Shown one piece after another: positions 20,563-31,798 of a DNA stretch of 50,780 bases (position 1 is its first letter; every line of letters starts with the position of its first letter). A program made the translations under genes and the position numbers. A model generated the notes under the pieces. That model saw only the letters and a list, made by a program, of their open reading frames with translations. It searched no databases and had not been told where the DNA came from. This DNA is from an uncultured Rikenellaceae bacterium (GTDB lineage Bacteria > Bacteroidota > Bacteroidia > Bacteroidales > VadinHA17): assembly GCA_964535035.1 (NCBI GenBank), contig CAZHRV010000081.1, positions 1 through 50,780 on the forward strand, given 5' to 3'.

Positions 20563-21156
20563 ATGAAAAGAGTAAAGCTAAAGGTGATGGGTATTTCATA
20601 CAGCCAGACTCAGTCAGGGGCCTATGCGCTTATATTGATAGAGGAAAACGGGGATAGAAGAATACCTATTATTATCGGTGGTTTTGAAGCTCAGGCTATT
20701 GTAATCAAACTTGAAAATCTTGAACCTCCCCGCCCTCTTACTCATGACCTTATTAAAGTAATAGCGGATCAGTTTGACATAACGATAATAGAGGTCGTGA
20801 TCAATAAACTGGAAGATGGAGTTTTCTTTTCAAAACTTGTTTGTAACAATGGAGAGAAGGAATATTCTATTGACAGCAGGACATCCGATGCTGTGGCAAT
20901 AGCATTAAGATTCGGATGTCCGATATACATCAATGAGGAGATCCTTGAGAAGGCACAGCTTACAAACGCTCCATCCGATACTGAATTGTCAAATTCAAGA
21001 GAAAATGATAATATACAGGAATCGAGTCCCAAATATGCTACATATTCGGATGAGGAACTCTATAAAATGATTGATGAGGTAGTGAAGACAGAAGATTACG
21101 AACGTGCAGCTGCCATCCGGGATGAGATTGAGAAGAGGAAAAAGAAAAAACAATAG
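20563..21156 (+). CDS. Bifunctional nuclease (DUF151) protein with C-terminal UVR motif
   Basis: [44 protein letters not shown]. Confidence 0.92.
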   Translation: MKRVKLKVMGISYSQTQSGAYALILIEENGDRRIPIIIGGFEAQAIVIKLENLEPPRPLTHDLIKVIADQFDITIIEVVINKLEDGVFFSKLVCNNGEKEYSIDSRTSDAVAIALRFGCPIYINEEILEKAQLTNAPSDTELSNSRENDNIQESSPKYATYSDEELYKMIDEVVKTEDYERAAAIRDEIEKRKKKKQ

Positions 21157-21158
21157 GG

Positions 21159-21953
21159 ATGAGGCAGTATCTCGATCTTCTTGATCATGTACTGAAAACG
21201 GGTACTAATAAACACGACAGAACAGGTACAGGTACAATAAGTGTATTCGGATACCAGATGAGATTTAACCTTGAAGAGGGTTTCCCGTTGCTGACAACTA
21301 AAAAGCTTCATCTGAAATCAATAATACATGAATTGCTTTGGTTCATTTCGGGTGATACGAATATCAGGTATCTTACCGATAACGGAGTAACTATCTGGAA
21401 TGAATGGGCTGATGAGAATGGCAATCTTGGACCAGTGTATGGTTACCAGTGGCGATCATGGCCTGCTGACGGTAACAAAAAAATTGACCAGCTGTCAAAC
21501 GTTATAAGTGCAATAAAAGAATCACCCGATTCGCGGCGTCATATAGTAAGTGCATGGAATGTGGGAGAGATAGAGAAAATGGCCATCCCTCCATGCCATG
21601 TATTGTTTCAGTTTTATGTTGCCGCCGGGAGATTATCATGCCAGCTTTACCAGAGAAGCTGTGATATTTTTCTGGGTGTGCCTTTCAATATTGCATCTTA
21701 TGCCCTTCTGATACTTATGGTAGCACAGGCAACAGGACTACAGCCTGGTGATTTCGTTCATACACTGGGTGATGCCCATATTTACCTTAATCATTTAGAA
21801 CAGGTAAAATTACAGCTTACCCGTGAACCTTATTCTCTGCCCGGAATGATTATTAATCCTTCAGTAAAAGATATTTTTAAATTCCGCTTCGAAGATTTTA
21901 ACCTTGTAAATTATGTATCTCATCCTAATATAAAGGGAGAGATTTCAATATAG
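21159..21953 (+). CDS. thyA: Thymidylate synthase
   Basis: [42 protein letters not shown]. Confidence 0.98.
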   Translation: MRQYLDLLDHVLKTGTNKHDRTGTGTISVFGYQMRFNLEEGFPLLTTKKLHLKSIIHELLWFISGDTNIRYLTDNGVTIWNEWADENGNLGPVYGYQWRSWPADGNKKIDQLSNVISAIKESPDSRRHIVSAWNVGEIEKMAIPPCHVLFQFYVAAGRLSCQLYQRSCDIFLGVPFNIASYALLILMVAQATGLQPGDFVHTLGDAHIYLNHLEQVKLQLTREPYSLPGMIINPSVKDIFKFRFEDFNLVNYVSHPNIKGEISI

Positions 21954-21960
21954 TTTATTT

Positions 21961-22458
21961 ATGATCTCAATAATTGTTGCTGTTTCTGAAGATCTTGGAA
22001 TAGGGAAAAACAATGAGCTTTTATGGCACATCCCTGAAGATCTTAAGCGTTTTAAAAAAATCACATACGGTAAAACCGTGATAATGGGTAAAAGGACCTG
22101 GGAGTCGTTACCAAAAAAGCCGCTGCCCGGACGAAAGAATGTAATTATAACCGACATACCATATGAAGATATTTTTGGTGCGGTAACAGCATATTCTATT
22201 GAAGATGCATTGAATAAATGTGAAAAGGAAGAAGAGATATTTATCATAGGTGGCGCAAGCATTTACAGCCAGTTTATGCCTCTTGCCGACAGGCTTTATG
22301 TTACTCATGTCCATAAAAAAAATCCTGCAGATACCTGGTTCCCCAGAATAGACCGCAGGGTCTGGAAAGTGATTGAAAAGGAGGAATTTAATCCGGTAAT
22401 TGAATTAATCCCGTATACATATGTAATATATGAGAGGAAGAGGGGGATTACTGGCTGA
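21961..22458 (+). CDS. folA: Dihydrofolate reductase
   Basis: IGKNNELLWHIPEDL, VIMGKRTWES, PLPGRKN, IIGGASIY. Confidence 0.96.
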   Translation: MISIIVAVSEDLGIGKNNELLWHIPEDLKRFKKITYGKTVIMGKRTWESLPKKPLPGRKNVIITDIPYEDIFGAVTAYSIEDALNKCEKEEEIFIIGGASIYSQFMPLADRLYVTHVHKKNPADTWFPRIDRRVWKVIEKEEFNPVIELIPYTYVIYERKRGITG

Positions 22459-22534
22459 TGCTTTTTGCCGGTACGATCCCATTTTTGTATAAAAAAATCT
22501 TCTCTCCGGCTTTATTTTTGAATACTTTTTGTTC

Positions 22535-23752
22535 TTACGACGCTTTAAGCATATTCACATCTATTCTCCCGAGCTTATGTGATGCATAATCGATAGTAAT
22601 CGTAAGCTCATTTTTCTGCTGTGAAGGCATTTCGTACATGGCATCGAGCATTATTGTTTCGCATATTGATCTTAGTCCGCGTGCTCCAAGCTTAAACTCA
22701 ATTGCTTTATCAACTATGAAATCGAGAACCCCGTCAGCAAAGGTAAGGTCAATATTATCCATCTTAAACAACTTGAAATATTGCTTTACAAGTGCATTTT
22801 TAGGTTCAGTGAGGATAGATCTCAATGCCTCTCTGTCGAGGGGATTAAGATGCGTGACAATCGGTAGTCTTCCGATAATCTCGGGAATCAGGCCATAAGC
22901 TCTAAGATCCTGTGGAGCAATATATTGAAGCAGGTTATCCTTATCGACCTTTTCCCTGATCTTTGAAGCCCCGTAGCCGATTATCTGCGTATTAAGCCTG
23001 TTGGCTATCTTTTTTTCGATACCCACGAATGCACCTCCGCATATAAAGAGAATATTCTTTGTATCTACAGGTATCATTTTCTGTTCGGGGTGTTTACGGC
23101 CACCCTGGGGTGGTACATTTACTATAGAGCCTTCAAGCAGCTTAAGCAGACCCTGTTGAACTCCCTCGCCTGATACATCACGGGTTATTGAAGGATTATC
23201 TCCCTCCTTTCTTGCAATTTTATCTATCTCATCGATAAAAACAATCCCTTTTTCAGCTGCTTTTACATCATATTCAGCATTCTGGAGCAGTCGGGTAAGA
23301 AGGCTTTCTATGTCTTCACCCACATAACCTGCTTCGGTAAGAACCGTTGCATCAACTATAGTGAAGGGAACATGAAGTATTCTTGCTATTGTTCTGGCCA
23401 GAAGGGTTTTACCGGTACCTGTCTCTCCAACAAGGATAATGTTTGATTTTTCTATTTCGACATCATCATTATCCGGTTTTTGTATCAGTCTTTTATAATG
23501 GTTATAGACTGCCACGGATATAATCTTTTTGGCCATATCCTGTCCGATGACATATTGGTCCAGGAGACTCTTTATCTCGGAAGGTTTAAGGAGGTTAATT
23601 GCATCGAATCTGATACTTTTTTTGGTGCCGAGCTCTTCGTTCATTATGCTGTAAGCCTGCTCAATGCAGTGGTCACATATGTGACCTTCCAGCCCGGCAA
23701 CAAGCATATTGGCCTCCTTTTTCGTTCTGCCGCAGAATGAACATTTATCCAT
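22535..23752 (-). CDS. clpX: Clp protease ATP-binding subunit ClpX
   Basis: CSFC zinc finger, [30 protein letters not shown]. Confidence 0.97.
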   Translation of the reverse strand: MDKCSFCGRTKKEANMLVAGLEGHICDHCIEQAYSIMNEELGTKKSIRFDAINLLKPSEIKSLLDQYVIGQDMAKKIISVAVYNHYKRLIQKPDNDDVEIEKSNIILVGETGTGKTLLARTIARILHVPFTIVDATVLTEAGYVGEDIESLLTRLLQNAEYDVKAAEKGIVFIDEIDKIARKEGDNPSITRDVSGEGVQQGLLKLLEGSIVNVPPQGGRKHPEQKMIPVDTKNILFICGGAFVGIEKKIANRLNTQIIGYGASKIREKVDKDNLLQYIAPQDLRAYGLIPEIIGRLPIVTHLNPLDREALRSILTEPKNALVKQYFKLFKMDNIDLTFADGVLDFIVDKAIEFKLGARGLRSICETIMLDAMYEMPSQQKNELTITIDYASHKLGRIDVNMLKAS

Positions 23753-23757
23753 TTTTC

Positions 23758-24435
23758 CTAATGTTCTGTTTTTTCAAGGATTTCATCAATCATCCCGTAA
23801 TCTTTTGCTTCCTGGGATGTCATCCAGTGATCCCTGTCAGAATCTTTTTCGACTTTTTCAACAGGATTGCCTGAATGGAGAGCAATAATTTCAAAAAGCT
23901 CTTTTTTAAGTTTGAGTATCTCGCGTGCCTGTATCTCGATATCTGAAGCCTGGCCTTCAACACCGCCCATAGGCTGGTGGATCATTATTCTTGAATGCTT
24001 CAGCGCGGATCTTTTACCTTTTTTACCTGCGGTAAGAAGGACTGCTCCCATAGAAGCAGCCATCCCCGTGCAGATAGTTGCTATGTCGGCTGAGATATAC
24101 TGCATTGTATCGTAAATTCCAAGTCCCGCATGAACTGAACCTCCGGGAGTATTAAAATAGATCTGTATATCTTTCCCAGGGTCAGAAGAATCAAGATAAA
24201 GCAGCTGAGCCTCAATTATATTTGCTACATAATCGTCTATAGGCAGACCTAGAAAGATTATCCTGTCCATCATCAGCCTGGAAAATACATCCATTGATGC
24301 CACATTCAACTGTCTTTCCTCAATAATTGTCGGAGATATATAACTGCTCCATATCGATGAATACCTGTGCAGTGTCAGACTGCTGATACCAAATTTACTT
24401 CTTGAATATTTTCCGAAATCGTCAATATTGCTCAT
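23758..24435 (-). CDS. clpP: Clp protease proteolytic subunit
   Basis: [27 protein letters not shown]. Start placed at ATG 24435 to avoid overlap with tig. Confidence 0.96.
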   Translation of the reverse strand: MSNIDDFGKYSRSKFGISSLTLHRYSSIWSSYISPTIIEERQLNVASMDVFSRLMMDRIIFLGLPIDDYVANIIEAQLLYLDSSDPGKDIQIYFNTPGGSVHAGLGIYDTMQYISADIATICTGMAASMGAVLLTAGKKGKRSALKHSRIMIHQPMGGVEGQASDIEIQAREILKLKKELFEIIALHSGNPVEKVEKDSDRDHWMTSQEAKDYGMIDEILEKTEH

Positions 24436-24459
24436 TTTTTTCTTTTTGAAATTAACAAA

Positions 24460-24467
24460 CAAAGATA
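24460..24467 (-). promoter_or_regulatory. Bacteroidota -7 element between tig and clpP
   Basis: TATCTTTG on minus strand. Confidence 0.55.
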
Positions 24468-24502
24468 CAGAAATTATAATTATCACTGCAATACACTGAT
24501 TA

Positions 24503-25852
24503 CTATTCAAAAAGCTTATTGAATTTTTCAACCGTGATACTCTTACTCTCAATTTTAACAATCTCTTTCAGCAAGCCGATGACTTTTTCTTCAAGAATCT
24601 TATCGGCGATTCTTTTTGCATCATCCTCTTTTTTCAGTGTTTCCCTGGCATAATTTAATATCTGTTCATCTGTAGCGTAGAACAATCCATATTGCTGAAA
24701 CTGGTCTCGGGTGATTTTTTCAGCTTCTTTCTGCAGTTCTTCTTCAGTAATCTTTACTTCATTGTCTTTTACTACTTTATTCCTTATAAGCTGCCACTTC
24801 AGATCTTTCCTGAAGTTGTCGAATTCCTTTTCTATCTGTTCCCCGGTAGTATTTTCATTAACCCTGAGCAACCATTTTTTCAGAAAATCCTCAGGAAGTC
24901 GGAGATCAGTATTTTCAATCGTCAGGTCTTTAATGTCCAGCATCAGTTTGTAATCACTCTCATGCTTTAGACTTGCTGTAATCTCCTCCTCAATTTTTTT
25001 CATAAAATCTTCCTCGGAGTTGATTACACCTTCCCCATAAATCCTGTTAAAAAGTTCTGTTCCTATCTCGGCAGGGTAAAACCTTGATACTTCATTGATG
25101 GTAAACCTGAAATTACCGCTAATATCCTTGACCTCCTCCTTCTTCATTTTCAGTAATCCTGCAATTTCGTTCTCATCGGGGAATGCTTTTTTAACATCAA
25201 AATCGATAAAATCGTTAACATATTTACCTATGAAATCCCTCTTGATATTATCATCTTTGATAATATCAACAGCCAGGGTGGAATCATCTGTAACGTGGCT
25301 GTCGGACAAAGGATTCCCGTTATCATCAATAGCTTCAATTCTGCCTTTAAGGATATCCTTGTCTTCTGAGACATCAGCTTTTCTGAACTCCCCGAACCTG
25401 CGGGTATAATTATCCACATGATTATTTTTCATCTTTTCGTCGATGATAATATCATATGAAGTGACCTTATTTTTCTTGCTGATGTTTAGTTCTACAGCTG
25501 GGGCCAGGCCAAGTTCAAAAGAGAAGGTGAAATCCTCCTGGGTCTCATAGTTAATATTTTCAAGCTCGTCCGTTTTTGACAGGGGATCTCCGAGGATCTC
25601 CAGTTTCTCGTCGGTGAGATATTTATGTATATTTTCAGAGACAACTTTATTGATCTCATCTACCTTTACAGCATTTCCATACATTTTTCTTATGAGTCCT
25701 ATAGGCACCATGCCAGGACGAAATCCTTTTATATTTGCCTTTTTCCGGTAGTCTTTCAGCAAATTTTCAACTTTATCCTCATAATCAGCTTTATCGATTT
25801 TTATTTTCAGAACCGCATTCAGATCATCAATGTCTTCTCTGATAATATCCAT
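24503..25852 (-). CDS. tig: Trigger factor
   Basis: GFRPGMVP ribosome-binding motif; tig-clpP-clpX order. Confidence 0.95.
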   Translation of the reverse strand: MDIIREDIDDLNAVLKIKIDKADYEDKVENLLKDYRKKANIKGFRPGMVPIGLIRKMYGNAVKVDEINKVVSENIHKYLTDEKLEILGDPLSKTDELENINYETQEDFTFSFELGLAPAVELNISKKNKVTSYDIIIDEKMKNNHVDNYTRRFGEFRKADVSEDKDILKGRIEAIDDNGNPLSDSHVTDDSTLAVDIIKDDNIKRDFIGKYVNDFIDFDVKKAFPDENEIAGLLKMKKEEVKDISGNFRFTINEVSRFYPAEIGTELFNRIYGEGVINSEEDFMKKIEEEITASLKHESDYKLMLDIKDLTIENTDLRLPEDFLKKWLLRVNENTTGEQIEKEFDNFRKDLKWQLIRNKVVKDNEVKITEEELQKEAEKITRDQFQQYGLFYATDEQILNYARETLKKEDDAKRIADKILEEKVIGLLKEIVKIESKSITVEKFNKLFE

Positions 25853-25930
25853 ATATTAATTATTTAATACACATTTTAAAAAAACAGCCAAAACGATGTT
25901 AAAGAGGTTAAGGGCAGTTTGCCACAGTTG

Positions 25931-26013
25931 TGCGGATGAAGGGACTCGAACCCCCACGTCATTAAGACACAAGATCCTAAATCTTGCTCGGCTACCAATT
26001 ACGACACATCCGC
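25931..26013 (-). tRNA. tRNA-Leu (anticodon TAG)
   Basis: Reverse complement GCGGATG...CATCCGC-A acceptor stem; CAAGA-TTTAGGA-TCTTG anticodon arm; long variable arm; GGTTCGAGTCC T arm; CCA not encoded. Confidence 0.96.
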
Positions 26014-26026
26014 ATTAAAATTTTCG

Positions 26027-26034
26027 CAAATGTA
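26027..26034 (-). promoter_or_regulatory. Bacteroidota -7 element upstream of tRNA-Leu
   Basis: TACATTTG on minus strand, 13 nt before the tRNA. Confidence 0.65.
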
Positions 26035-26066
26035 TAGAAAATAACAATAATAACAACCGGGATGAC

Positions 26067-26792
26067 TTATCTGCGAAGTTCAAATTTAGTTCCAAGATAT
26101 ACCTTTCTTACATGTTCGTCTTCAGCAAGTTGTGATGATGTGCCCGACATAAGTATTCTGCCTTCAAAAAGAAGGTAAGCACGATCGGTTATTGAAAGTG
26201 TCTCATGTACGTTATGATCAGTAATGAGTATGCCTATGTTTTTGTTTTTCAGGTGCGAAACGATATTCTGGATGTCTTCCACGGCAATAGGGTCTACTCC
26301 GGCAAAAGGTTCATCGAGTAATATGAACTTGGGTTTCAGTGCAAGAGCTCTCGCAATTTCTGTTCTCCTTCGCTCGCCTCCCGATAACTGGATCCCTTTG
26401 TTTTTCCTTATTTTCTGGAGGCCGAACTCACTGAGAAGCGACTCAACTCTTTCTTCCTGTTCTTTTTTTACAAAACCTGACAACTCGAGTACAGCACGCA
26501 AATTATTTTCAACAGAAAGATTCCTGAAAACCGAGGCCTCCTGTGCGAGATAACCAATACCTTTTCGTGCCCGCTTATATACGGGAAGGGTTGTAATCTC
26601 TTCGTTGTCAAGAAATATCCTTCCTTCCCTGGGCCTTATTAAACCAACTATCATATAGAAGGAAGTTGTCTTACCGGCACCATTCGGACCAAGAAGGCCC
26701 ACTATTTCTCCCTGTTCAACCTCGATTGACACATTATCGACTACAGTACGGTTTCGGTATTTTTTAACAAGATTTTTGGTATAGAGTTTCAT
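26067..26792 (-). CDS. lptB: LPS export ABC ATPase
   Basis: [48 protein letters not shown]; start ATG 26792. Confidence 0.95.
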   Translation of the reverse strand: MKLYTKNLVKKYRNRTVVDNVSIEVEQGEIVGLLGPNGAGKTTSFYMIVGLIRPREGRIFLDNEEITTLPVYKRARKGIGYLAQEASVFRNLSVENNLRAVLELSGFVKKEQEERVESLLSEFGLQKIRKNKGIQLSGGERRRTEIARALALKPKFILLDEPFAGVDPIAVEDIQNIVSHLKNKNIGILITDHNVHETLSITDRAYLLFEGRILMSGTSSQLAEDEHVRKVYLGTKFELRR

Positions 26793-26823
26793 GTGTAAAT
26801 AATCTATCTTAATTGTCACATAG

Positions 26824-26903
26824 CCTGTCCCGCCAAAGCGGGAGAACCCACATGTTTAGAAAAATATTTTCATTATTGTTTGTGTTTGAAAAACATGTGG
26901 GTT
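26824..26903. repeat. Short GC hairpin plus perfect 13-bp inverted repeat
   Basis: TCCCGC-CAAA-GCGGGA (26828-26843); AACCCACATGTTT (26845-26857) / AAACATGTGGGTT (26891-26903). Confidence 0.75.
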
Positions 26904-26915
26904 TCATACTGAATA

Positions 26916-27794
26916 TTAGTTTGTAGAATTTTCAGTGCCGTCCGGAGCATTATCCTCCATAAAATCCGTATGATTTTTTTCTTTTTTTCTCATAACACGT
27001 TTTGAGATCATGATGCTTATTTCATAAAGTATAAGAAGAGGAAAACATACAAGTATCTGTGAAAACACATCAGGAGGTGTAATTATTGCTGCAAGAACAA
27101 CAATTACAACAATTGAATGTTTTCTGTATTTTCTCATGAAGGCCGGAGTAACCAAACCTATCTTTGTCAGAAAAAATGTTATTATCGGGAGTTCAAAAAT
27201 AAGTCCTGTAGCAAGGCATATCGAAGAAAGCGTACCTATATATGACCTTATGTTTATCTGGTTTGTAACATCAGCGCTGACTTCATATCTGCTGAGGAAA
27301 TGAATCGAGAGCGGAGTGAGGAGAAAATACCCGAAAAGAACACCTGCAAAGAACAGAAGCGAAGCAGAAAGAACTGCCCCGCGGGTATGTTTTTCCTCAT
27401 TGGAATGGAGGGCGGGTTTAAGGAACCTCCAGAATTCCCATAAAATATATGGGAATGCAAGTATCACTCCTGCCACCATGGCAACAGCAATATGTGTGGT
27501 CAGCTGCCCCGACATTTTTATATTTATAAGGTTGAAAGGCTGAGTGTTTATGCATAAGAGGCTGGTATTTACCAGGTGACCAAGTCCACATAAAAGCCTG
27601 TTGGTAATAAATTGAGAATTTCTAGGTGCGAGGATTATTGTATCGAAAATAAGATTCTTAAACATAAATGCCACAACCATAAAAATTACTACTGCCAGTA
27701 TTGACCGGATTATATGCCACCTCAACTCTTCGAGATGTTCAAGGAATGACATTTCACCTTGAGCCTTCTTCCAGCTCTTCCAGTCCAAAGCCAT
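26916..27794 (-). CDS. tatC: Twin-arginine translocase subunit TatC
   Basis: MSFLEHLEELRWHI, PALHSNE, FELP, AAIITPPD. Confidence 0.96.
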   Translation of the reverse strand: MALDWKSWKKAQGEMSFLEHLEELRWHIIRSILAVVIFMVVAFMFKNLIFDTIILAPRNSQFITNRLLCGLGHLVNTSLLCINTQPFNLINIKMSGQLTTHIAVAMVAGVILAFPYILWEFWRFLKPALHSNEEKHTRGAVLSASLLFFAGVLFGYFLLTPLSIHFLSRYEVSADVTNQINIRSYIGTLSSICLATGLIFELPIITFFLTKIGLVTPAFMRKYRKHSIVVIVVLAAIITPPDVFSQILVCFPLLILYEISIMISKRVMRKKEKNHTDFMEDNAPDGTENSTN

Positions 27795-28006
27795 AGTTAC
27801 AGATATTATTCTTAAAATTCAGCCTGTAAAGATGATAAAACTTATTGGTCAAAACAATATGATGCTTGTTATACGTTGAATTTACAGAAAACAAATATGT
27901 TAATAATTATAAATTTCTGGTATTTGATCAGGAAATTTATTAATTTAGGATAACTGTTTAAAAGGTAAGCTTTTGACAGCATTTATTTTTGCCAATCAAC
28001 ACTAAA

Positions 28007-30187
28007 ATGGTAAGTGATGCAATTATACATGATTATCTGAAAAAGTATTTTGGTTTTAACACATTTAAGGGAAACCAGGAGCAGATAATCAAGAATGTTC
28101 TCGAAGGAAGAGATACTTTTGTTCTCATGCCGACCGGCGGAGGAAAGTCTCTTTGCTATCAGTTACCAGCTGTTATGGGTCAGGGTACAGCTATAGTTAT
28201 TTCCCCTCTGATTGCACTGATGAAAAACCAGGTGGATGCCATGCGCAACTTCAGTACCAGCGACGAGGTAGCTCATTTTCTTAATTCCTCTCTTACTAAA
28301 ACAGAAATAGCACGTGTTAAAAGAGATGTGCTTAACGGAGGAGCTAAGCTTCTTTACGTGGCTCCGGAATCACTTACAAAAGAGGAAAATATCGAATTTC
28401 TCAAGAATGTAATAGTGTCGTTCTATGCAATAGATGAAGCTCATTGCATTTCGGAATGGGGTCACGACTTCAGACCTGAATACAGGCGAATAAGACCTAT
28501 AATAGATACAATAGGCAGATCACCCATCATAGCTCTTACTGCAACGGCAACACCCAAAGTACAGCACGACATACAAAAAAATCTCGACATCCTTCAGGCT
28601 AATGTTTTTAAATCATCGTTTAACAGACCCAATCTTTATTATGAAGTAAAATCAAAGCAGGATGTTACCAAAGAGATAATAAAGTACATTAAGAACAATC
28701 CCGGCAAATCAGGCATAATATATTGTCTGAGCCGAAAGAAGGTGGAAGAGATGGCTGAAGTGCTTAAGGTAAATGGCATTAAGGCACTTCCATATCATGC
28801 AGGTATGGATTCAGCAACCAGAACCCAGAACCAGGATAAGTTTCTCATGGAAGAGGCAGACGTCATTGTTGCTACCATAGCTTTTGGAATGGGAATAGAT
28901 AAACCGGATGTGAGGTTCGTGATCCATTATGACATACCTAAAAGCCTTGAGGGATATTATCAGGAAACTGGTCGTGCCGGCCGCGATGGAGGTGAAGGGA
29001 ACTGCATAGCCTATTACAGTTATAATGATATAATGAAGCTTGAAAAATTTATGCAGGGTAAACCAATAGCCGAACAGGAGATAGGCAAACAACTGCTTCT
29101 TGAAACAGTGTCGTATGCAGAATCATCCGTCTGCCGCAGAAAACTGCTGCTTCATTATTTCGGGGAAGAGTATGAAAAGGATAACTGCGAAGCATGCGAT
29201 AATTGCCTCCACCCGAAGGCACAATTCGAAGGCAGTGAATCAGTGGTGAACGTGCTCGAAACAATACTTGATATAAAGGAGAAATTCAAGGCCGACCACA
29301 TAGCAAATATCCTGTCAGGAAAGATGACCTCCTCAATAAAGTCATATAAACATCATAAGCTTGAGTTTTTCGGTATGGGGGAAGAAAAGGATGAAAAATA
29401 CTGGAACATGGTTATCAGGCAGGCACTGATAGCAAAATTTCTGACAAAAGACATAGAAAACTATGGGCTTTTAAAGGTAACCCAGCAAGGGATGGAATTC
29501 CTTAAGAACCCTGTCTCCTTTATGCTTGCAGAGGACCATGACTATGCTGATACAACAGATGAAGAAAATGCCTTCGGGGCCAAAACTGCAGCTGTTGATG
29601 AGGAACTTTTCAGCATCCTCAAGGATCTTCGCAAGAAAATATCAAAACAGAAAGAGGTGCCTCCGTTTGTAATCTTCCAGGATCCATCCCTGGAGGATAT
29701 GGCTATTCAATACCCCATTACCCTTGATGAGCTTCAGAATATTTCTGGGGTGGGCGCAGGTAAAGCCCAGAGATACGGCTCCGAATTCGTGGAGATAATT
29801 AAAAAGTATGTTGAAGAAAAAGAAATAATCAGACCCCTCGATATGGTCGTAAAATCGGTAGTAAACAAGTCAGGAATGAAGGTTTATATTATCCAGAGCA
29901 TTGATATAAAGCGCCCTCTTGAAGATATAGCCGAGGTCAAGGGACTTGAGATGAATGAACTGTTATCAGAGGTAGAGGCAATAGTAAATGCAGGGACCCG
30001 CCTGAACCTCGACTATTATATTAACTCAGTTATTGATGAGGAACGTCAGCATGATATTTATTCATATTTCAGGGAAGAGGCTGAATCAGACTCGCTGGAG
30101 GACGCAATAAATGAGCTGGGGAGTGAGTATGAAGAGGAAGAAATAAGACTTGTCAGAATTAAATTCCTGTCAGAAATGGGGAATTAA
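28007..30187 (+). CDS. recQ: DNA helicase RecQ (helicase, RQC, HRDC, C-terminal HTH)
   Basis: MPTGGGKSLCYQ, DEAHCISEWGHDFRP, QETGRAGRDG, CRR...CEACDNC; start ATG 28007 preferred over TTG 27989. Confidence 0.96.
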   Translation: MVSDAIIHDYLKKYFGFNTFKGNQEQIIKNVLEGRDTFVLMPTGGGKSLCYQLPAVMGQGTAIVISPLIALMKNQVDAMRNFSTSDEVAHFLNSSLTKTEIARVKRDVLNGGAKLLYVAPESLTKEENIEFLKNVIVSFYAIDEAHCISEWGHDFRPEYRRIRPIIDTIGRSPIIALTATATPKVQHDIQKNLDILQANVFKSSFNRPNLYYEVKSKQDVTKEIIKYIKNNPGKSGIIYCLSRKKVEEMAEVLKVNGIKALPYHAGMDSATRTQNQDKFLMEEADVIVATIAFGMGIDKPDVRFVIHYDIPKSLEGYYQETGRAGRDGGEGNCIAYYSYNDIMKLEKFMQGKPIAEQEIGKQLLLETVSYAESSVCRRKLLLHYFGEEYEKDNCEACDNCLHPKAQFEGSESVVNVLETILDIKEKFKADHIANILSGKMTSSIKSYKHHKLEFFGMGEEKDEKYWNMVIRQALIAKFLTKDIENYGLLKVTQQGMEFLKNPVSFMLAEDHDYADTTDEENAFGAKTAAVDEELFSILKDLRKKISKQKEVPPFVIFQDPSLEDMAIQYPITLDELQNISGVGAGKAQRYGSEFVEIIKKYVEEKEIIRPLDMVVKSVVNKSGMKVYIIQSIDIKRPLEDIAEVKGLEMNELLSEVEAIVNAGTRLNLDYYINSVIDEERQHDIYSYFREEAESDSLEDAINELGSEYEEEEIRLVRIKFLSEMGN

Positions 30188-30191
30188 TTCC

Positions 30192-31268
30192 TCAATCTGA
30201 CCGATAACAAAGAAACCTTAAAACCACACCAACCACATAAAAGGGATAAAATAACTGAGCCGGGAAAAACCATTTCATCAGGTATTTTTTCTTATATCTT
30301 GAAGCTGTGTTGTTCAGGATCATAAAATCAGGAATCGATTTTAAAAGGTATATAGCAAGATAAACCAGCAGAAAAAGCCGGTCAAATATTCCTGCAGCCA
30401 GAAGAGTTAACTGAAGTGAAATTATGATCAATGTCACAATTGCCAGGACCACCGTAAACATGTCACGATAGCTTCCCGCCTTTGATATCCATCTTGCCCG
30501 CTGAAGCAAGAATGAATCTAATGTAGTTGCTGATCGGGTTATAACATAAGCTTTTTCCGATTCTAACCAGACTATCTTACCAGATTCTTTCTTAATGCTG
30601 TGAAGAAGAAAGACATCATCACCTGAGATCAGCTCGTCATGCAGATTACCGGCATGCCTGTTGTAAGCCTCTTTTCGGAAGGCAAGATTGGCACCGTTGC
30701 ACATCACAGGGTTGCCGGCAGCTGCTGTTCCTGCGGTAATTCCCTGCAAACTAAGAAATTCAAGCTCCTGGAACCTGTTGAAAAATCCTTTTCGGCTCTC
30801 TAATGTAACAGGACCGATAATCAGTTCAGGTTTATTATCTGTATAAAATGAAACTATGGTTTTTAACCACTCCTTGCCCATTCTGCAATCAGCATCGGTT
30901 GTAACAATAAGCGAGCCCCTGCTTGCGTCCACTCCTGTGCTTATGGCCTTTTTCTTTCCGCAGCCTTTATTTTTCAGTACTATCAGGTTTTTAGAATTAT
31001 TGTATCCCATGGCGGTTTCATACGAACCATCAATTGAATTATCATCAACAACAATTAACTCAAAGTGATCAGGATTATAATCCTGTGACATAACATCTGT
31101 AATCAGAAAGGGAAGACTCTTTTCTTCATTCCGGCAAGCAACTATGACAGACACAAATAATTCAGGTGTTTCGGATGGTTTATGAGGTTTGATATTTAAT
31201 AGTCCGGAATATATCTTAAGCAATAGATATAAATAAGGTATCAGAATTAAAATAATCAGCCATACCAT
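30192..31268 (-). CDS. Membrane-bound GT2 glycosyltransferase
   Basis: VSVIVACRNEE, VVDD, GKK, TDAD, SGDD, QRARW (QxxRW) and flanking TM segments. Confidence 0.88.
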   Translation of the reverse strand: MVWLIILILIPYLYLLLKIYSGLLNIKPHKPSETPELFVSVIVACRNEEKSLPFLITDVMSQDYNPDHFELIVVDDNSIDGSYETAMGYNNSKNLIVLKNKGCGKKKAISTGVDASRGSLIVTTDADCRMGKEWLKTIVSFYTDNKPELIIGPVTLESRKGFFNRFQELEFLSLQGITAGTAAAGNPVMCNGANLAFRKEAYNRHAGNLHDELISGDDVFLLHSIKKESGKIVWLESEKAYVITRSATTLDSFLLQRARWISKAGSYRDMFTVVLAIVTLIIISLQLTLLAAGIFDRLFLLVYLAIYLLKSIPDFMILNNTASRYKKKYLMKWFFPAQLFYPFYVVGVVLRFLCYRSD

Positions 31269-31271
31269 GGT

Positions 31272-31721
31272 TCATTTCCTCATCCATTCGTAGAAAGAAT
31301 AGTGTTCGGAGCTCATTCCGAGTGACTCATATGTTTTTTTTGCAGCACTATTTTTCGTTTCGACATATAGTCTTAATCCTGCTATATCGTTTTTTTCAGC
31401 CAGAAGACGTATATGTTTATACATTTGCCTGAAAACACCCTGCCGGCGATATTCAGGCAGCACATAAACCGACTGAAGCCACCAGACATTGCAATTTCTC
31501 CAGTCGCTCCACTCGTAAGTTATCAGCAGGGATGCAATCAGATTCTCATCTTCTTCGGCAACATAATATTGCCCTCGTGAATGATCTTCAAATACAGCAT
31601 TTACACCCATCCTGACTGTTTCGGGATCAAGTTTCAATTCTTCTGTTTCCCATGCCATTTTCAGCTGAAAGTCAATGATTGATGAGGCATCGGACGGGAT
31701 TGCTTTTCTAACTGTTATCAT
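31272..31721 (-). CDS. GNAT family N-acetyltransferase
   Basis: TYEWSDWRN, SVYVLPEYRRQGVF, N..A...Y..LG. Confidence 0.9.
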   Translation of the reverse strand: MITVRKAIPSDASSIIDFQLKMAWETEELKLDPETVRMGVNAVFEDHSRGQYYVAEEDENLIASLLITYEWSDWRNCNVWWLQSVYVLPEYRRQGVFRQMYKHIRLLAEKNDIAGLRLYVETKNSAAKKTYESLGMSSEHYSFYEWMRK

Positions 31722-31767
31722 AGGATGAAAGATAATACTTTTTAACCACGGAGTAACACTGTTTTCT

Positions 31768-31796
31768 CCCCTTCTCTCCCTCTCCCTTTCACCCCC
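31768..31796 (-). repeat. Polypurine tract with four G runs
   Basis: Minus strand GGGGG-TGAAA-GGG-AGA-GGG-AGAGAA-GGGG. Confidence 0.6.
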
Positions 31797-31798
31797 TC

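Noticed and set aside
24436-24561. N-terminal extension of ClpP (likewise for ahcY, HIT, lptB, carB)
   Set aside because: Artefacts of longest-ORF calling; most overlap neighbouring genes or promoter elements, and a downstream ATG gives the expected N-terminus
25853-26066. tRNA-Leu as an integration site
   Set aside because: No integrase or duplicated tRNA 3' end seen; tRNA-Leu-tig-clpPX is ordinary
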